Shown: positions 9,479-19,988, counted from the stretch's first letter. The stretch is 64,000 bases of DNA from an uncultured Gammaproteobacteria bacterium (GCA_964367355.1 CAYIWY010000008.1:15172-79171); one strand, 5' to 3'. The notes: generated by a model from the letters alone, not told the origin. Translations and numbers: made by a program.

Positions 9479-10771
9479 ATGGTTACTGCCAACCAACCTG
9501 TAAATTCCACTTCTCTTCAGGAAAAAGAAAAATATTACCGTTTTGAAAGAATCGCGGAGGTATTTACTTATCTTGGACTTGGTGGAGCACTGTTTCTCTC
9601 GTTTTTAAGCTTCTCATTACCAATTGATAAGGTAAGTCTTTGGAAGCTATTTGGTTTTGTTTTTATATTTGCTTTTTCTTGGTTTCGACTTGTACCCAAA
9701 AAATATTCCGGTTTAACTAAAATTTTGATTTACTACTACTGTACGATACTCTTTGTTTGGTCTGGTGTGCATTTTACTCAAGGGGTTGGTAGTTTAGTCT
9801 TATTTTTCTTTTATCTAACGGTTTTGAGTGCCGCTGCTTCAATGGAAATAAAGTATTTTATCTCGATTGTTGTGACGATTGCAGCTGCTTTAATTATTGA
9901 AGGGATATTTTTTAGTACTTCTTTTTCTCCGGAACTCAGGGTTAATTTAACAATACTTCATCTTTGGGCATTAATAATTGTAGCACTGTTTGGAAAATCA
10001 GTTTTCAGTCAAGAAAAAATTGCGCAGGAATTTGGTGAATCCTCGCAACTTAAAACAGCCAAGCAAATCGATGTAGTTAAAAACGAATTTGTATTTATTA
10101 TCAGCAATAAACTACGGCAGCCAATATTATCGCTTCTGAACTACCTTAAGGCTGCATTGAAAGCCGGAGAGCAGCAGTTAAGCCCGGATATTTTTGATTT
10201 ACTGAAAAAAACAAATGACAATACTGAGCGATTGGGGAGTTTGGTTAACGATCTATCTGATTTATCTCGAATTGAAAGTCAGAAGCTAAAACTTAGTTTG
10301 CAAGAAGTAAATTTAAATCAATTGATCGGTGCAACACTGTCGGATTTTAGTATGTCAGCAGCAGAAAAAAATATTAAACTAATTTATCAACCAAATTTCG
10401 AAACAATTATTGTATCGGCTGATCCTTCCCGTTTGCATGAGATTCTCGCCAATTTGATAGACAATGCGATTAAGTATTCTCCTTCAAACACACAAGTTAC
10501 GGTTGGCTTTTCTAAAGAGGAAGATCAGGCCGTAACTTTTGTAAGAGATAGTGGTTTTGGTATTCCGGAAGAAGCAAAAGTACATTTGTTTGAGAAATTT
10601 TATCGTGTTAATCGTAGCTCCAGTGAACCAAAAGGTACCGGATTGGGTTTGTTTGTTACTAAAGAGTTAGTCGAAAGACAAGATGGAAAAATATGGTTCG
10701 ATAGTCAGGTTGGCCGGGGGACTACTTTTTATTTCTCACTTCTTTTAAAAACGGAAGGAGGAGTAACTTAG
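9479..10771 (+). CDS. sensor histidine kinase (multi-TM sensor, HisKA + HATPase_c)
   Basis: N-terminal hydrophobic segments, then the HisKA region, then the C-terminal ATPase G-boxes (DSGFGIPEE, GTGLGLFVTKELV). Confidence 0.75.
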   Translation: MVTANQPVNSTSLQEKEKYYRFERIAEVFTYLGLGGALFLSFLSFSLPIDKVSLWKLFGFVFIFAFSWFRLVPKKYSGLTKILIYYYCTILFVWSGVHFTQGVGSLVLFFFYLTVLSAAASMEIKYFISIVVTIAAALIIEGIFFSTSFSPELRVNLTILHLWALIIVALFGKSVFSQEKIAQEFGESSQLKTAKQIDVVKNEFVFIISNKLRQPILSLLNYLKAALKAGEQQLSPDIFDLLKKTNDNTERLGSLVNDLSDLSRIESQKLKLSLQEVNLNQLIGATLSDFSMSAAEKNIKLIYQPNFETIIVSADPSRLHEILANLIDNAIKYSPSNTQVTVGFSKEEDQAVTFVRDSGFGIPEEAKVHLFEKFYRVNRSSSEPKGTGLGLFVTKELVERQDGKIWFDSQVGRGTTFYFSLLLKTEGGVT

Positions 10772-10840
10772 AAAAATTATATGTCGTTTGCACGCCATGT
10801 AATTTAAAATAAATAGTATTTCAAAAAGTATTTTTAAATT

Positions 10841-12127
10841 ATGGAAACAACTACTCAAAAATTTAAAAGACTGGAAAGAATCAGATTAGTATTTCTTGTT
10901 CTGCTAATTGTTTGTGGATTGGTAATAATTCAAATAAAACTTCCCAACCCAATCATAAAGGATACTTTGATTGAAGTTAATAAATTTGGTGTGTATACTG
11001 TTGCAGCTTTTTTACTCGCCTTTGCTACATTCTGGAATTTATTTGCTAAGAAGAAATTTACCCATACAGAACTGGCAATTTTTACTGAAACTGTTATTTA
11101 TTTGATGGCGATAACCCTTATCGTCAGCTTCACCGGCGGTACTTATAGCTTGTTCAATTTTCTTTATTTTTTACCTGTTTTGAATGTAGCTGCAAAGCTT
11201 AGTTTAAAATACTCAATCACTACTTCGATTATCGCGGCAGTAATGTTGTCATTACATATAATTGGAAATTATCGAAGTATTGGGTTATCTGACGCCACCA
11301 ATCTTTATTTGGTTAATTTATTTGGGATTATTGTAGTTACTGCTCTAGGAAGATTTTTAGTAACAGAATTAACCATAATCCAAAAAAAGCAGGAGTATTT
11401 GAAAATAGAGCAGATCCACCAATTAGATAAAATAAAAGATGAATTTGTCTTTATAATCGCACACGAACTTCGCAGCCCGATTACAGCTATCAGAGGATAC
11501 TTAGAGTTAATCAATACTGATTCCAAAACAAAAGTTGAAGTCAATCTTAAAAATTTATTGAACAAGAGCTTTTCTACTGGAAATAAATTGGCAAGTATCG
11601 TTAGCCTGCTTTTGGAAGTAGCTAGAATCGAAACTGGGAAAATTAGTTTTTACTTCCAAAAGATTGATGTTCGAAATTCAATCGAATTTATACTTTCTAG
11701 TATGCAGAAAGATATTGATGAAAAATTTATTCAACTCACAATTCAAGTCCCAAAAGAGAATCTAGTTTTAATTGATAAAGAGCGGCTAGAAGAAATACTA
11801 ATTATTTTGGTCGAGAATGCAATTTCGTTTACTCCAGAGTATGGAAAAATTCTAATTTCTTCTCAAACTACAGATAAACATTTAATTTTGTCAGTTGCAG
11901 ATTCTGGTGTGGGGATCCCTGAGGAAATGAAGAGTAAAATGTTTGAAAAACTTTACACTGAGAATACCAATACAGGAGAGGTAAAAATAAAAGGTTACGG
12001 AATTGGATTGTACGTGGCAAAACAGCTACTCCTACGGATGAATGGTGACATTACTTTTGAGAGTGTTTTAGGCAAGGGTACAACCTTTACATTAACCCTA
12101 CCAAAATATTGGGCCTTTGGTAAGTAG
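10841..12127 (+). CDS. sensor histidine kinase (multi-TM sensor)
   Basis: H-box FIIAHELRSPITAIRGY, G-boxes DSGVGIPEE, GYGIGLYVAKQ. Same architecture as the kinase immediately upstream. Confidence 0.75.
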   Translation: METTTQKFKRLERIRLVFLVLLIVCGLVIIQIKLPNPIIKDTLIEVNKFGVYTVAAFLLAFATFWNLFAKKKFTHTELAIFTETVIYLMAITLIVSFTGGTYSLFNFLYFLPVLNVAAKLSLKYSITTSIIAAVMLSLHIIGNYRSIGLSDATNLYLVNLFGIIVVTALGRFLVTELTIIQKKQEYLKIEQIHQLDKIKDEFVFIIAHELRSPITAIRGYLELINTDSKTKVEVNLKNLLNKSFSTGNKLASIVSLLLEVARIETGKISFYFQKIDVRNSIEFILSSMQKDIDEKFIQLTIQVPKENLVLIDKERLEEILIILVENAISFTPEYGKILISSQTTDKHLILSVADSGVGIPEEMKSKMFEKLYTENTNTGEVKIKGYGIGLYVAKQLLLRMNGDITFESVLGKGTTFTLTLPKYWAFGK

Positions 12128-12142
12128 ATCAAACCTGAAGTT

Positions 12143-12171
12143 TCTGGATCTTTCAAAGAACCAGATTTTTT
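12143..12171 (+). terminator. intrinsic terminator
   Basis: tctgg-(13-nt loop)-ccaga followed by tttttt, just after the kinase stop. Confidence 0.45.
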
Positions 12172-12270
12172 AATACAATAGAATAAATCGATTTTTTTAA
12201 ACAAGTTTTACCCAGTACTGATTCGAAGTTCACTTTTTAATTATGTTAATTAAAAATACACTTTCTCATT

Positions 12271-13548
12271 ATGCTAATTCGAAATAAAGATTTACTATCA
12301 ACAACACCAACTCGCGATCGGGCTTTAAAAATTCTCAATGCAGGCCTTGTGGCGATAGATACAAAAAAAGTAATTTCAGAAACTGTCAAATTACGGGATA
12401 ATTATCTCTTTATTCGAGATCGTGCCTACGACCTCTCGAATTATCGGAAAATCTTTTTGGTTGCATTTGGTAAGGATTCATTTGTCGCTTCGTCTGAAAT
12501 AAAAAATATTTTGGGGGATAAACTAAGCGGCGGTATTGTATTGTCTTTGAAGCCAGATAAAATTTCCGGTTTGGAAACTTATCAATGTACCCATCCTCAT
12601 ACTTCTTTAAACAACGTTGTCGCTACTAAAAAAGTAATTGATTTATTTAAAAAAACTACAGAAGATGATTTGATTTTGGTAGTTATTTCCGGTGGAGGTT
12701 CAGCGATGCTGACTGCTCCTTATAGTATTACTTTTAGCGAAAAAGCAACGATTGCAGAAAATTTAATGGATTTAGGTGCGGATATAGAGGAACTGAACAT
12801 TGTTCGCAAACATTTGTCGGAAATAAAAGGTGGCCGACTAGCGGAGCTTGCTTACCCATCAACGTTAGTGACTTTAATATTTTCCGATATTATCGGTAAC
12901 AATTTGAGTACAATTGCTTCTGGTCCGACGGTGATGGACCACACGAGCGTTGAGGATGCAAAGAAGGTATTGGACAAATATAAAATTCTCGAAAAAGTCT
13001 CAATAGCGGATTTGGAATTACACGAGACTCCAAAGGCCGAAAAACTTTTTCAAAAGGTAGAGAATTTTCTAGTTATGGACAATTCAATTGCCACAGGCGC
13101 GATGGAAGAAGAGGCACGGGCCTTGGGTTATTCGACCAGAGTCTTCGCCAACAACCTCCACGGTCGGGCAGAAGAAGTTGGTGCAGAGTTGTTGTCTCAA
13201 GCAAGGAAAGGTGAAGTTTTGATCGCTGCTGGAGAAACCACAGTTGAGGTCAATGGTGATGGTATTGGTGGGAGAAGCCAAGAACTGGTTTTGTCGAATT
13301 TATCGATTATTAAGGAAAACCAAGTTTTAATCTCGGCTGGATCTGATGGCCACGATCATTCGGATTATGCTGGAGCAGTTGGGGACCTCTACACTCTGAA
13401 AAAAGCAAACGAGGCAAAAATAAATCCAGAAGATTTCCTTAAAGAAAACGATTCGTTCCATTTTTTTCAGAAAGTCGGTGATGGTATTGATACCGGACAA
13501 CTTGAATCAAACGTAGCTGATTTAATGTTAGTTATTACAGATAAATAA
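12271..13548 (+). CDS. glycerate 2-kinase, MOFRL family (DUF4147 + MOFRL)
   Basis: IAAGETTVEVNGDGIGGRSQELVLS and SAGSDGHDHSDYAGAVGD resemble GckA-type glycerate kinase motifs. Confidence 0.5.
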   Translation: MLIRNKDLLSTTPTRDRALKILNAGLVAIDTKKVISETVKLRDNYLFIRDRAYDLSNYRKIFLVAFGKDSFVASSEIKNILGDKLSGGIVLSLKPDKISGLETYQCTHPHTSLNNVVATKKVIDLFKKTTEDDLILVVISGGGSAMLTAPYSITFSEKATIAENLMDLGADIEELNIVRKHLSEIKGGRLAELAYPSTLVTLIFSDIIGNNLSTIASGPTVMDHTSVEDAKKVLDKYKILEKVSIADLELHETPKAEKLFQKVENFLVMDNSIATGAMEEEARALGYSTRVFANNLHGRAEEVGAELLSQARKGEVLIAAGETTVEVNGDGIGGRSQELVLSNLSIIKENQVLISAGSDGHDHSDYAGAVGDLYTLKKANEAKINPEDFLKENDSFHFFQKVGDGIDTGQLESNVADLMLVITDK

Positions 13549-13557
13549 ATCTAAACT

Positions 13558-13770
13558 ATGAGTCCTATAGGTGAGACAATTAACCGCTCTTTGGTAAAAA
13601 CAATTTCCTGGAGATTGTTTGTTTTAGTAATCGATTTTTCGATCGCCTACCTTGTCACCAAAAATTTCGACCTCTCCAGTAAACTTGCTTTGGCAAAATT
13701 AATTGTAGCTTCAGTATTCTATTTTTTCCATGAAAGAATCTGGACAAGAATTAACTGGGGTAAGGTTTAA
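13558..13770 (+). CDS. DUF2061-like small membrane protein
   Basis: ISWRL...HERIW pattern in a 70-aa two-TM protein. Confidence 0.45.
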   Translation: MSPIGETINRSLVKTISWRLFVLVIDFSIAYLVTKNFDLSSKLALAKLIVASVFYFFHERIWTRINWGKV

Positions 13771-14342
13771 ACTGTCTTCTTACACAAATCACAAATAACG
13801 GATGTTATGAATTGATGGTTATCTGGGTTTTGTTTATCTGGTTTTAACTCAAAGACTAAATTTCCGCCACAACTCGGGCATTTGTAGAAATTCATAAAGG
13901 AAAAATCTTGGGAAAGTTTGATGACATCACCGTAACCATCCCGCGGCGAGATGCGATAAGATTTCTCAGTTCCAGTATCGAGAAGAGTTTTAATTTTATT
14001 GATTATTTCATTGGGGGAAAAATTGGTCTTGAGAAGGTAATCTTTTGCTCCAAGGGTCAGCGCTTTTTTGATATTCTCATCGTTGGCGACGTTGCTTAAG
14101 ACAATTACGGGAATAGATTTTAGAGCAGCGTCTGTATTTAATTGCTCTAAAACCTGCAAACCGTTTAGTTTTGGCATCAAGATATCGAGCAAGATTAGGT
14201 TTGGCCCAAAACTCTTTATTTTAGCAATTGCTTCCTCACCATCGGCGGCGGTATCAATAGTAAAACCTTCAAAGGTAAGTCTATCGGAATAAATTTTTCT
14301 TAAAATCTCTTCATCATCAACGATTAATATTTTTGCAGTCAT
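13767..14342 (-). CDS. response regulator (REC domain) with C-terminal zinc-ribbon output domain
   Basis: Start chosen at MTAKILIVDDEE (phospho-acceptor region). C-terminus has CPSCGG...CDLCKK. Directly follows the histidine kinase on the same strand. Confidence 0.75.
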   Translation of the reverse strand: MTAKILIVDDEEILRKIYSDRLTFEGFTIDTAADGEEAIAKIKSFGPNLILLDILMPKLNGLQVLEQLNTDAALKSIPVIVLSNVANDENIKKALTLGAKDYLLKTNFSPNEIINKIKTLLDTGTEKSYRISPRDGYGDVIKLSQDFSFMNFYKCPSCGGNLVFELKPDKQNPDNHQFITSVICDLCKKTV

Positions 14343-14344
14343 AA

Positions 14345-15784
14345 TTAGTTCGCCTTTGCAATTGGTAAAACAAATCCGAAAGTACTGCCTTTTCCTTCTT
14401 CTGATTCGAACCAAACTTTGCCTTTTTGTTTTTCAACAAGCTTTTTAACTGCGTAAAGTCCAAGCCCGGTTCCGGTAGTTAATCTGCTCAAAGGATTCTC
14501 TACCCTTGAAAATTTCTGAAAGAGATCCTTCTGCCTCTCTTTAGGAATTCCCACTCCACTATCCTTGACTAAAACCCATACCCCTATCTCATTGGCAGTA
14601 ACTCTAGCGTTAATTGTACCGCCATCAAAAGTGTATTTCAAGGCGTTCTCCATGAGATTACTAATTATTTCCTTTGTTTTTTCAGGATCGACTGAAACAT
14701 TTGGAAGATTTGGGTCGATAGTTAGGTAGAACTTTTGTTTATGTTCAGCAGCCCGCAGCAGTAGACTTTTTTGAACTTCAGTCGCTAGACTACCTAGGTT
14801 AACTGATTGAAAATTAAGCTGCATTCTACCTTGCTCAATACGGGAGATATTGAGTAAATCATTGACCAAGTTGATCATTCGTTCGTTGGCTACATTCAGA
14901 AGTTTTATATATTCTTTTTGCTTAGGGTTTAATGGACCGGCAATATTATCATTTAGAAGCGAGACTAAACCTTTAATTTCTGAAAGCGGGGTTCGCAGTT
15001 GATGGCTGGCAATTGAGATAAGGTCGGTTCGTATTTCCTCAATTTCCTTTTCATGAGTAATATCTCGAAAGACAACTATCCCACCGACAATTATCCCCTT
15101 TTGATTTCGGATTGGAGAAGCGTTTACTGCCACTGGAATTTCAGCTTGATCAGAAGTTACCAAGACTGTATCTTTGGGTAACGCAAGCTGTTTACCATCG
15201 AGTAGAACTTGATTGATAAATGGACCATAATTTTCTCTGGATTTAGAATTTGAAAACTGAAGAAGACTGTCGTAACGCTGATTGATAGCTTGTTCTAGTT
15301 TAAAACCAAGTAGTCTTTCAGCAACTTTATTAAAAATAATAATCTCGCCCTTGAGATTGACCGCAAAAACGCCTTCTCCGACATTGAAAAGAATGGCTTC
15401 TGCACGGTTTCTGGCTTCTTCGGTTGAGTTTAGTCGGTCACGTAGTAGACGGCGCAGTTCCTCCAGAGCAGAAGCGAGTTTGCCGAATTCATCATCAGCG
15501 TCTAGTTCAATCTCTTTATCAAATTCACCAGAGCCAACTCTAGTAGCAGCTGAAGTAAAAAAATTGAGTTTATTTTTTGTTGAATTCGCTGTATAAAATG
15601 AAAAAAAGATAAAAATTAAATAGGAAAAAGAAATAATACCAACTAAAGCTATTTCCCCAACAAACACCGCCTGTTTAATCTGAATATTAAAGAGGGGTCC
15701 AACTACAAAAATCAAAGATAGGTTTAGCGCTGTTATGAAGACAGCAAAAAGAAGAGTTTTCAAAACTAAGCTTAATTTGAGCAT
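14345..15784 (-). CDS. sensor histidine kinase with HAMP/PAS region
   Basis: Two TM helices, PAS-like segment, H-box SHQLRTPLSEIKG, G-boxes DSGVGIPKE, GTGLGLYAVKK. Cognate of the downstream response regulator. Confidence 0.8.
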   Translation of the reverse strand: MLKLSLVLKTLLFAVFITALNLSLIFVVGPLFNIQIKQAVFVGEIALVGIISFSYLIFIFFSFYTANSTKNKLNFFTSAATRVGSGEFDKEIELDADDEFGKLASALEELRRLLRDRLNSTEEARNRAEAILFNVGEGVFAVNLKGEIIIFNKVAERLLGFKLEQAINQRYDSLLQFSNSKSRENYGPFINQVLLDGKQLALPKDTVLVTSDQAEIPVAVNASPIRNQKGIIVGGIVVFRDITHEKEIEEIRTDLISIASHQLRTPLSEIKGLVSLLNDNIAGPLNPKQKEYIKLLNVANERMINLVNDLLNISRIEQGRMQLNFQSVNLGSLATEVQKSLLLRAAEHKQKFYLTIDPNLPNVSVDPEKTKEIISNLMENALKYTFDGGTINARVTANEIGVWVLVKDSGVGIPKERQKDLFQKFSRVENPLSRLTTGTGLGLYAVKKLVEKQKGKVWFESEEGKGSTFGFVLPIAKAN

Positions 15785-15859
15785 GGAGGCAGGCCAAACT
15801 TCATTATATCAATAAAACAGCTTATTCTCAAAAGTAAAAATATAAGGTAAATTAAGAAA

Positions 15860-16942
15860 GTGGCAAAGAAAAAACAGACATACCCTCATAACAAACCTAT
15901 TTTGATTGTAATCGCAATCTTGTTACTATTGATAATTTTTCCAATAATTTTAAGCTATTCTAATTTTTACCCTCCGTTTATCGATAAAAAAGTTATTTAT
16001 TTTCTCGATAGCGTAGTTGTCGATATTCCATTTTTACCAAAGACGCCAAAGCAGGTCTTTACAAAATCATTATTTCGCAATCAGAATTTACAGAATTACC
16101 ACCTGACTTCGAAGCTAGATTTGGATTCTGGTAAAGTTAAATTACTTGAGTTTACTGCAATTCAAGCAGTGGAAAAAGCCGGATCGTTTGAAACAAAGAC
16201 AAGAGCCAAAATTGTCGGAAATATTAATTTTATTCCAGGTAGTCAGACAGAATTTGAAACGATTAAATCTCAGAACGAACTTTATTTCAAAATTACCAGT
16301 TTGCCACAAGCAATTGGAATAAATACAGCTAATTTGCAAAAAGAGTGGTACAAAATTGATCTTGACGCTTTTCAAAAAGCCCTAGGGGTAAAAGCTCGCA
16401 ACGATCAACAAATTATTGATGATATTCGAGTCGAGTTTCAAAAAGTACAGTCTGGTTTGATCGATAAATCAATCTTTAGCAAAGTAAAAAGCTTTAAAAA
16501 AACAAAAATAGCAAAGAATAGTTTTTACGAAATAAAGTTGGCTCTTGACCAAAATAGCTTCAAAAAATTTCCTTTACTTTCCGAATTAAAAATCGACAAA
16601 CCCATCTTGACTCTTTGGGTAAATTCTGGAAGTTACCATTTAACTAAGTTGGATTTAGTCGGGGAGGTGTTATCTAAAAACAGTAAGGTAGAGACAAATT
16701 CAAATTTGAAACTTCACTTTAGTTCAGTATTAACCAATATCGGTACTGTGCAAAATTTCGAAATGCCAAAAAACCCAACAGCAATTAAGGACCCGCTTGA
16801 TTTAGCAATGAAATCTACACAAACGACTGGCAATGTAGATAAACTTTTTGCAGCCACATCGCTTCAAAAAGATTTGGGGGAGAATTTCTTGACTGTTGAG
16901 CGGTTGATTTCCGTTTTACTTCTTATACTAAAGGCTATTTAA
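15860..16942 (+). CDS. hypothetical membrane-anchored protein
   Basis: 360-aa ORF with an N-terminal TM. No recognisable domain. Confidence 0.5.
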   Translation: MAKKKQTYPHNKPILIVIAILLLLIIFPIILSYSNFYPPFIDKKVIYFLDSVVVDIPFLPKTPKQVFTKSLFRNQNLQNYHLTSKLDLDSGKVKLLEFTAIQAVEKAGSFETKTRAKIVGNINFIPGSQTEFETIKSQNELYFKITSLPQAIGINTANLQKEWYKIDLDAFQKALGVKARNDQQIIDDIRVEFQKVQSGLIDKSIFSKVKSFKKTKIAKNSFYEIKLALDQNSFKKFPLLSELKIDKPILTLWVNSGSYHLTKLDLVGEVLSKNSKVETNSNLKLHFSSVLTNIGTVQNFEMPKNPTAIKDPLDLAMKSTQTTGNVDKLFAATSLQKDLGENFLTVERLISVLLLILKAI

Positions 16943-17193
16943 GATTTTTACTATTTTTCTTTAAAGCTGATATAATTAACCAAATGGGCTTCAATCTGCT
17001 TTTTTGGAAAAAAACTGAAAGATTCACAATTCAAAACCAAGAAATTATTCAGCCGATTATTAAAGGTTGCAAGTGTGGTAGTGGCTTGGCTTTTTCCGAT
17101 TGCCATGCTATTGAATTTGCTTTGCCGGATCATGAACGACCTGATCCTGATTAACATTAATCCGCCATCTGGCGGAAAAGGAGAACTGTCCTT

Positions 17194-18288
17194 ATGGTAA
17201 AAGTTGGAATTAATGGTTTTGGCCGTATTGGCCGTCAGGCTTTTAAGGTTGCCTTGGATAAACATCCCAATGAAGTTGAAATTGTTGGGGTTAACGACTT
17301 AACGGATGCTAAAACACTTGCCCATCTTCTCAAATACGATAGTTCTTATGGGATTTATTCTAAAAATGTTACCAGTGACAGCCAAAACGTCATAGTTGAA
17401 GGTAAACCGTATCGGGTTTACGCTGAAAAAGATCCAACGGCCCTGCCTTGGGGTCAGCTTGGTGTCGATATTGTTATCGAATCGACTGGACGTTTTACTG
17501 ACCTGGAAGGAGCGAGCAAACATATCACAGCTGGAGCCAAAAGAGTTATTATCTCTGCTCCGGCCAAGGGGGAAGGCGTTGGAACCTATTTGATCGGGGT
17601 AAATGCTGATAAAGACACCGGCGAAGGTAGAGTTATCAACAACGCTTCCTGCACCACCAACTGTATTTCCCCAATCGTGGCGGTTATGCAAGCAAAATTT
17701 GGAATCGCAAAAGCGATGATGACAACGGTTCATAGTTATACCCAAGACCAACTGCTACAAGACGGACCCCACAAGGATTTACGCAGAGCTCGTGCTGCTG
17801 GAATAAATATTGTCCCGACAACAACCGGAGCTGCGATTGCGACAACTGAAGCGATCCCGGAACTCAAAGGCTTATTTGACGGTATGAGTATTCGCGTTCC
17901 CACCCCGGTTGGTTCAATTTCGGATATTACCTTTTTACTAAAAAGAAAAACCTCAGTTGAAGAAATTAACAGCGCTTTAAGTGAAGCGGCCAATGGCAAT
18001 CTCAAGGGAATTTTAGCTGTGAGCACGGATCCTTTAGTTTCGACTGATATTGTCGGTCGGACCGAAAGTTCAATTGTCGATTTACCCCTGACCCAAGTAG
18101 TTGACGGCGACATGGTCAAAGTTTTTGCCTGGTATGACAATGAACTGGGTTATTCAAATAGATTAATTGAACAGGTTATCCACGCTGCTAATGTTAACAA
18201 AAATACTGGTGGTCAGCCGGTTGCAACCCCTCAAGCAACACCACCGGTTGTTGAATCATCTGCGCCACCAACAGGAGGACAAGTTTGA
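17194..18288 (+). CDS. gap: glyceraldehyde-3-phosphate dehydrogenase with Pro-rich C-terminal extension
   Basis: GINGFGRIGR, ASCTTNC active site, WYDNE. About 30 extra C-terminal residues (PVATPQATPPVVESSAPPTGG). Confidence 0.9.
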   Translation: MVKVGINGFGRIGRQAFKVALDKHPNEVEIVGVNDLTDAKTLAHLLKYDSSYGIYSKNVTSDSQNVIVEGKPYRVYAEKDPTALPWGQLGVDIVIESTGRFTDLEGASKHITAGAKRVIISAPAKGEGVGTYLIGVNADKDTGEGRVINNASCTTNCISPIVAVMQAKFGIAKAMMTTVHSYTQDQLLQDGPHKDLRRARAAGINIVPTTTGAAIATTEAIPELKGLFDGMSIRVPTPVGSISDITFLLKRKTSVEEINSALSEAANGNLKGILAVSTDPLVSTDIVGRTESSIVDLPLTQVVDGDMVKVFAWYDNELGYSNRLIEQVIHAANVNKNTGGQPVATPQATPPVVESSAPPTGGQV

Positions 18289-18791
18289 AAGTTTATTTAG
18301 CAAGCGATCACGCGGGGTTTGAACTAAAAGAAAAGATTAAGCACTTTCTCAGTGAGAAAAGTTACGATGTGACCGATTGTGGAGCAGAGAGTTTTAATTC
18401 AAATGATGATTACCCGGACTTTATCGCCAAAGCCGCCGAGGCAGTTTCGGCTGATCCTGAAAATTCCCGGGGAATAATTTTTGGCGGGTCTGGCCAAGCT
18501 GAAGCGATGGTGGCCAACAAATTTAAAAATGTTCGCTGCGCTCTTTTTTACTCGGCGGTTTCACCGTTAGGAGCAGCCGATGTGACTGGCAGGACAAGTA
18601 GCGACCCATTCGAAATGATTCGGTTAACCAGAGAGCACAACAATAGTAATATGCTTTCGATTGGAGCGCGGTTTGTTTCCGAAGAAAATGCCAAGAAAGC
18701 GATCGAACTTTGGCTGATAAACCAATTTACAGGTGAAGAACGGCATGTCCGCCGAATTGAGAAAATTAAGAAATTAGAAAACAATCAGTGA
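18285..18791 (+). CDS. rpiB: ribose-5-phosphate isomerase B (RpiB/LacAB family)
   Basis: MKVYLASDHAGFELKE, CG...G. TTG start with an AGGAGG RBS, overlapping the gap stop. Confidence 0.8.
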   Translation: MKVYLASDHAGFELKEKIKHFLSEKSYDVTDCGAESFNSNDDYPDFIAKAAEAVSADPENSRGIIFGGSGQAEAMVANKFKNVRCALFYSAVSPLGAADVTGRTSSDPFEMIRLTREHNNSNMLSIGARFVSEENAKKAIELWLINQFTGEERHVRRIEKIKKLENNQ

Positions 18792-18813
18792 CAAGGCCCG
18801 TCTTTGGAGTTTT

Positions 18814-19533
18814 ATGATTGAAATACTACCTGCAATTTTAGCAAAAACTTCAAACGACTATCATCACAAGTTAAAGACGGTTGAGCCGTTTACGCAGTGG
18901 GTTCAGATCGATATCGTTGATAATGTTTATGCGCGAAACCAAACCATTGATGCCAAAGTCGTTAGTTCAATCAGGACAAAATGCAAACTCGAAATTCAGT
19001 TGATGGTTGAGCGGATCGAAAATTGGATCGACCCTTTTATCAAAATTCGTCCTCACCGAATTATTGTTCCGATTGAATCAGCCAGGGAACCTTTGTTACT
19101 TGTTAGGCATTTAAAACAACACCAGATTCCGTTTGGTTTTTCGCTCGAGCCTCATACATCAGTTGAAATCTTGCAACATTTAGTTGATAAAATTGACGTC
19201 GCACTTCTTCTGGCAGTAAATCCTGGATTTTCCGGGCAGCATTTTTATCATGGAGTTTTGGACAAAATAAGAAAGCTTCGCGCAATGCGCCCTGACCTGC
19301 CGATCGAGATTGATGGCGGAATTGAACCTGATACAGCTAAAAAATGCGCGCAGGTGGGAGCAACAATCTTAGCTTCTGGAAGTTTCGTTTTTGACCATCC
19401 GTCAGGATCGCACGACGCTTCAGCGGCGGAAAATGATAAAATTGAGGGAGCTACTTATAGTGAAAAGGTAAGAAACTCGATAGAAGCATTAAAAGAAAGT
19501 GTCGAAAATATTATTCCTGAATCTGCCGTTTAA
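18814..19533 (+). CDS. rpe: ribulose-phosphate 3-epimerase
   Basis: IDIVDN, LLAVNPGFSGQHF, IEIDGGI motifs. Confidence 0.7.
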   Translation: MIEILPAILAKTSNDYHHKLKTVEPFTQWVQIDIVDNVYARNQTIDAKVVSSIRTKCKLEIQLMVERIENWIDPFIKIRPHRIIVPIESAREPLLLVRHLKQHQIPFGFSLEPHTSVEILQHLVDKIDVALLLAVNPGFSGQHFYHGVLDKIRKLRAMRPDLPIEIDGGIEPDTAKKCAQVGATILASGSFVFDHPSGSHDASAAENDKIEGATYSEKVRNSIEALKESVENIIPESAV

Positions 19534-19546
19534 GGAGATGAAAAAA

Positions 19547-19975
19547 ATGAGAAATATTTATATAGGAGTAGTAGTAATTTTATTTTTAGGTATCGGAGCA
19601 TTTGTTTTTTTCCAGAATACTCCAGCCAAAAATGATTCTACAAGCTCGTCAATTAGTACAAACACTGAAAATACAAGTAGTTCCGAAGTCAAAGATGCGG
19701 TAACTATTACTTACACGAGTTCTGGTTTTAGCCCAAACACAGTGATTGTAAAATCCGGTGGATTGATAACTTGGATGAACAATTCAGACGGACAAGTTCA
19801 AGTTGGAGCTAATCCTCATCCGATCCACACTGGTAACAAAGAAATTACTGGCAATGAATTTACACTTGATTTAGATAAAGGTCAACAAAAAACCATGACG
19901 GTAAATAAAACCGGAACGTTTGGTTATCACAACCATATTAATGCAGATGAAACTGGTACCATCATTGTAAAATGA
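19547..19975 (+). CDS. secreted cupredoxin-like fold protein (no Cu ligand Cys)
   Basis: Signal/TM then S-rich linker then a beta-rich domain (HPIHTG...GYHNH). Start chosen 9 nt after the AAGGAG RBS. Confidence 0.4.
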   Translation: MRNIYIGVVVILFLGIGAFVFFQNTPAKNDSTSSSISTNTENTSSSEVKDAVTITYTSSGFSPNTVIVKSGGLITWMNNSDGQVQVGANPHPIHTGNKEITGNEFTLDLDKGQQKTMTVNKTGTFGYHNHINADETGTIIVK

Positions 19976-19988
19976 TCTAAAACTGCCT

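Noticed and set aside
17299-18140. Two minus-strand ORFs (150 and 134 aa) inside gap
   Set aside because: Completely embedded antisense to a highly conserved GAPDH coding region. No motifs. Typical shadow ORFs.
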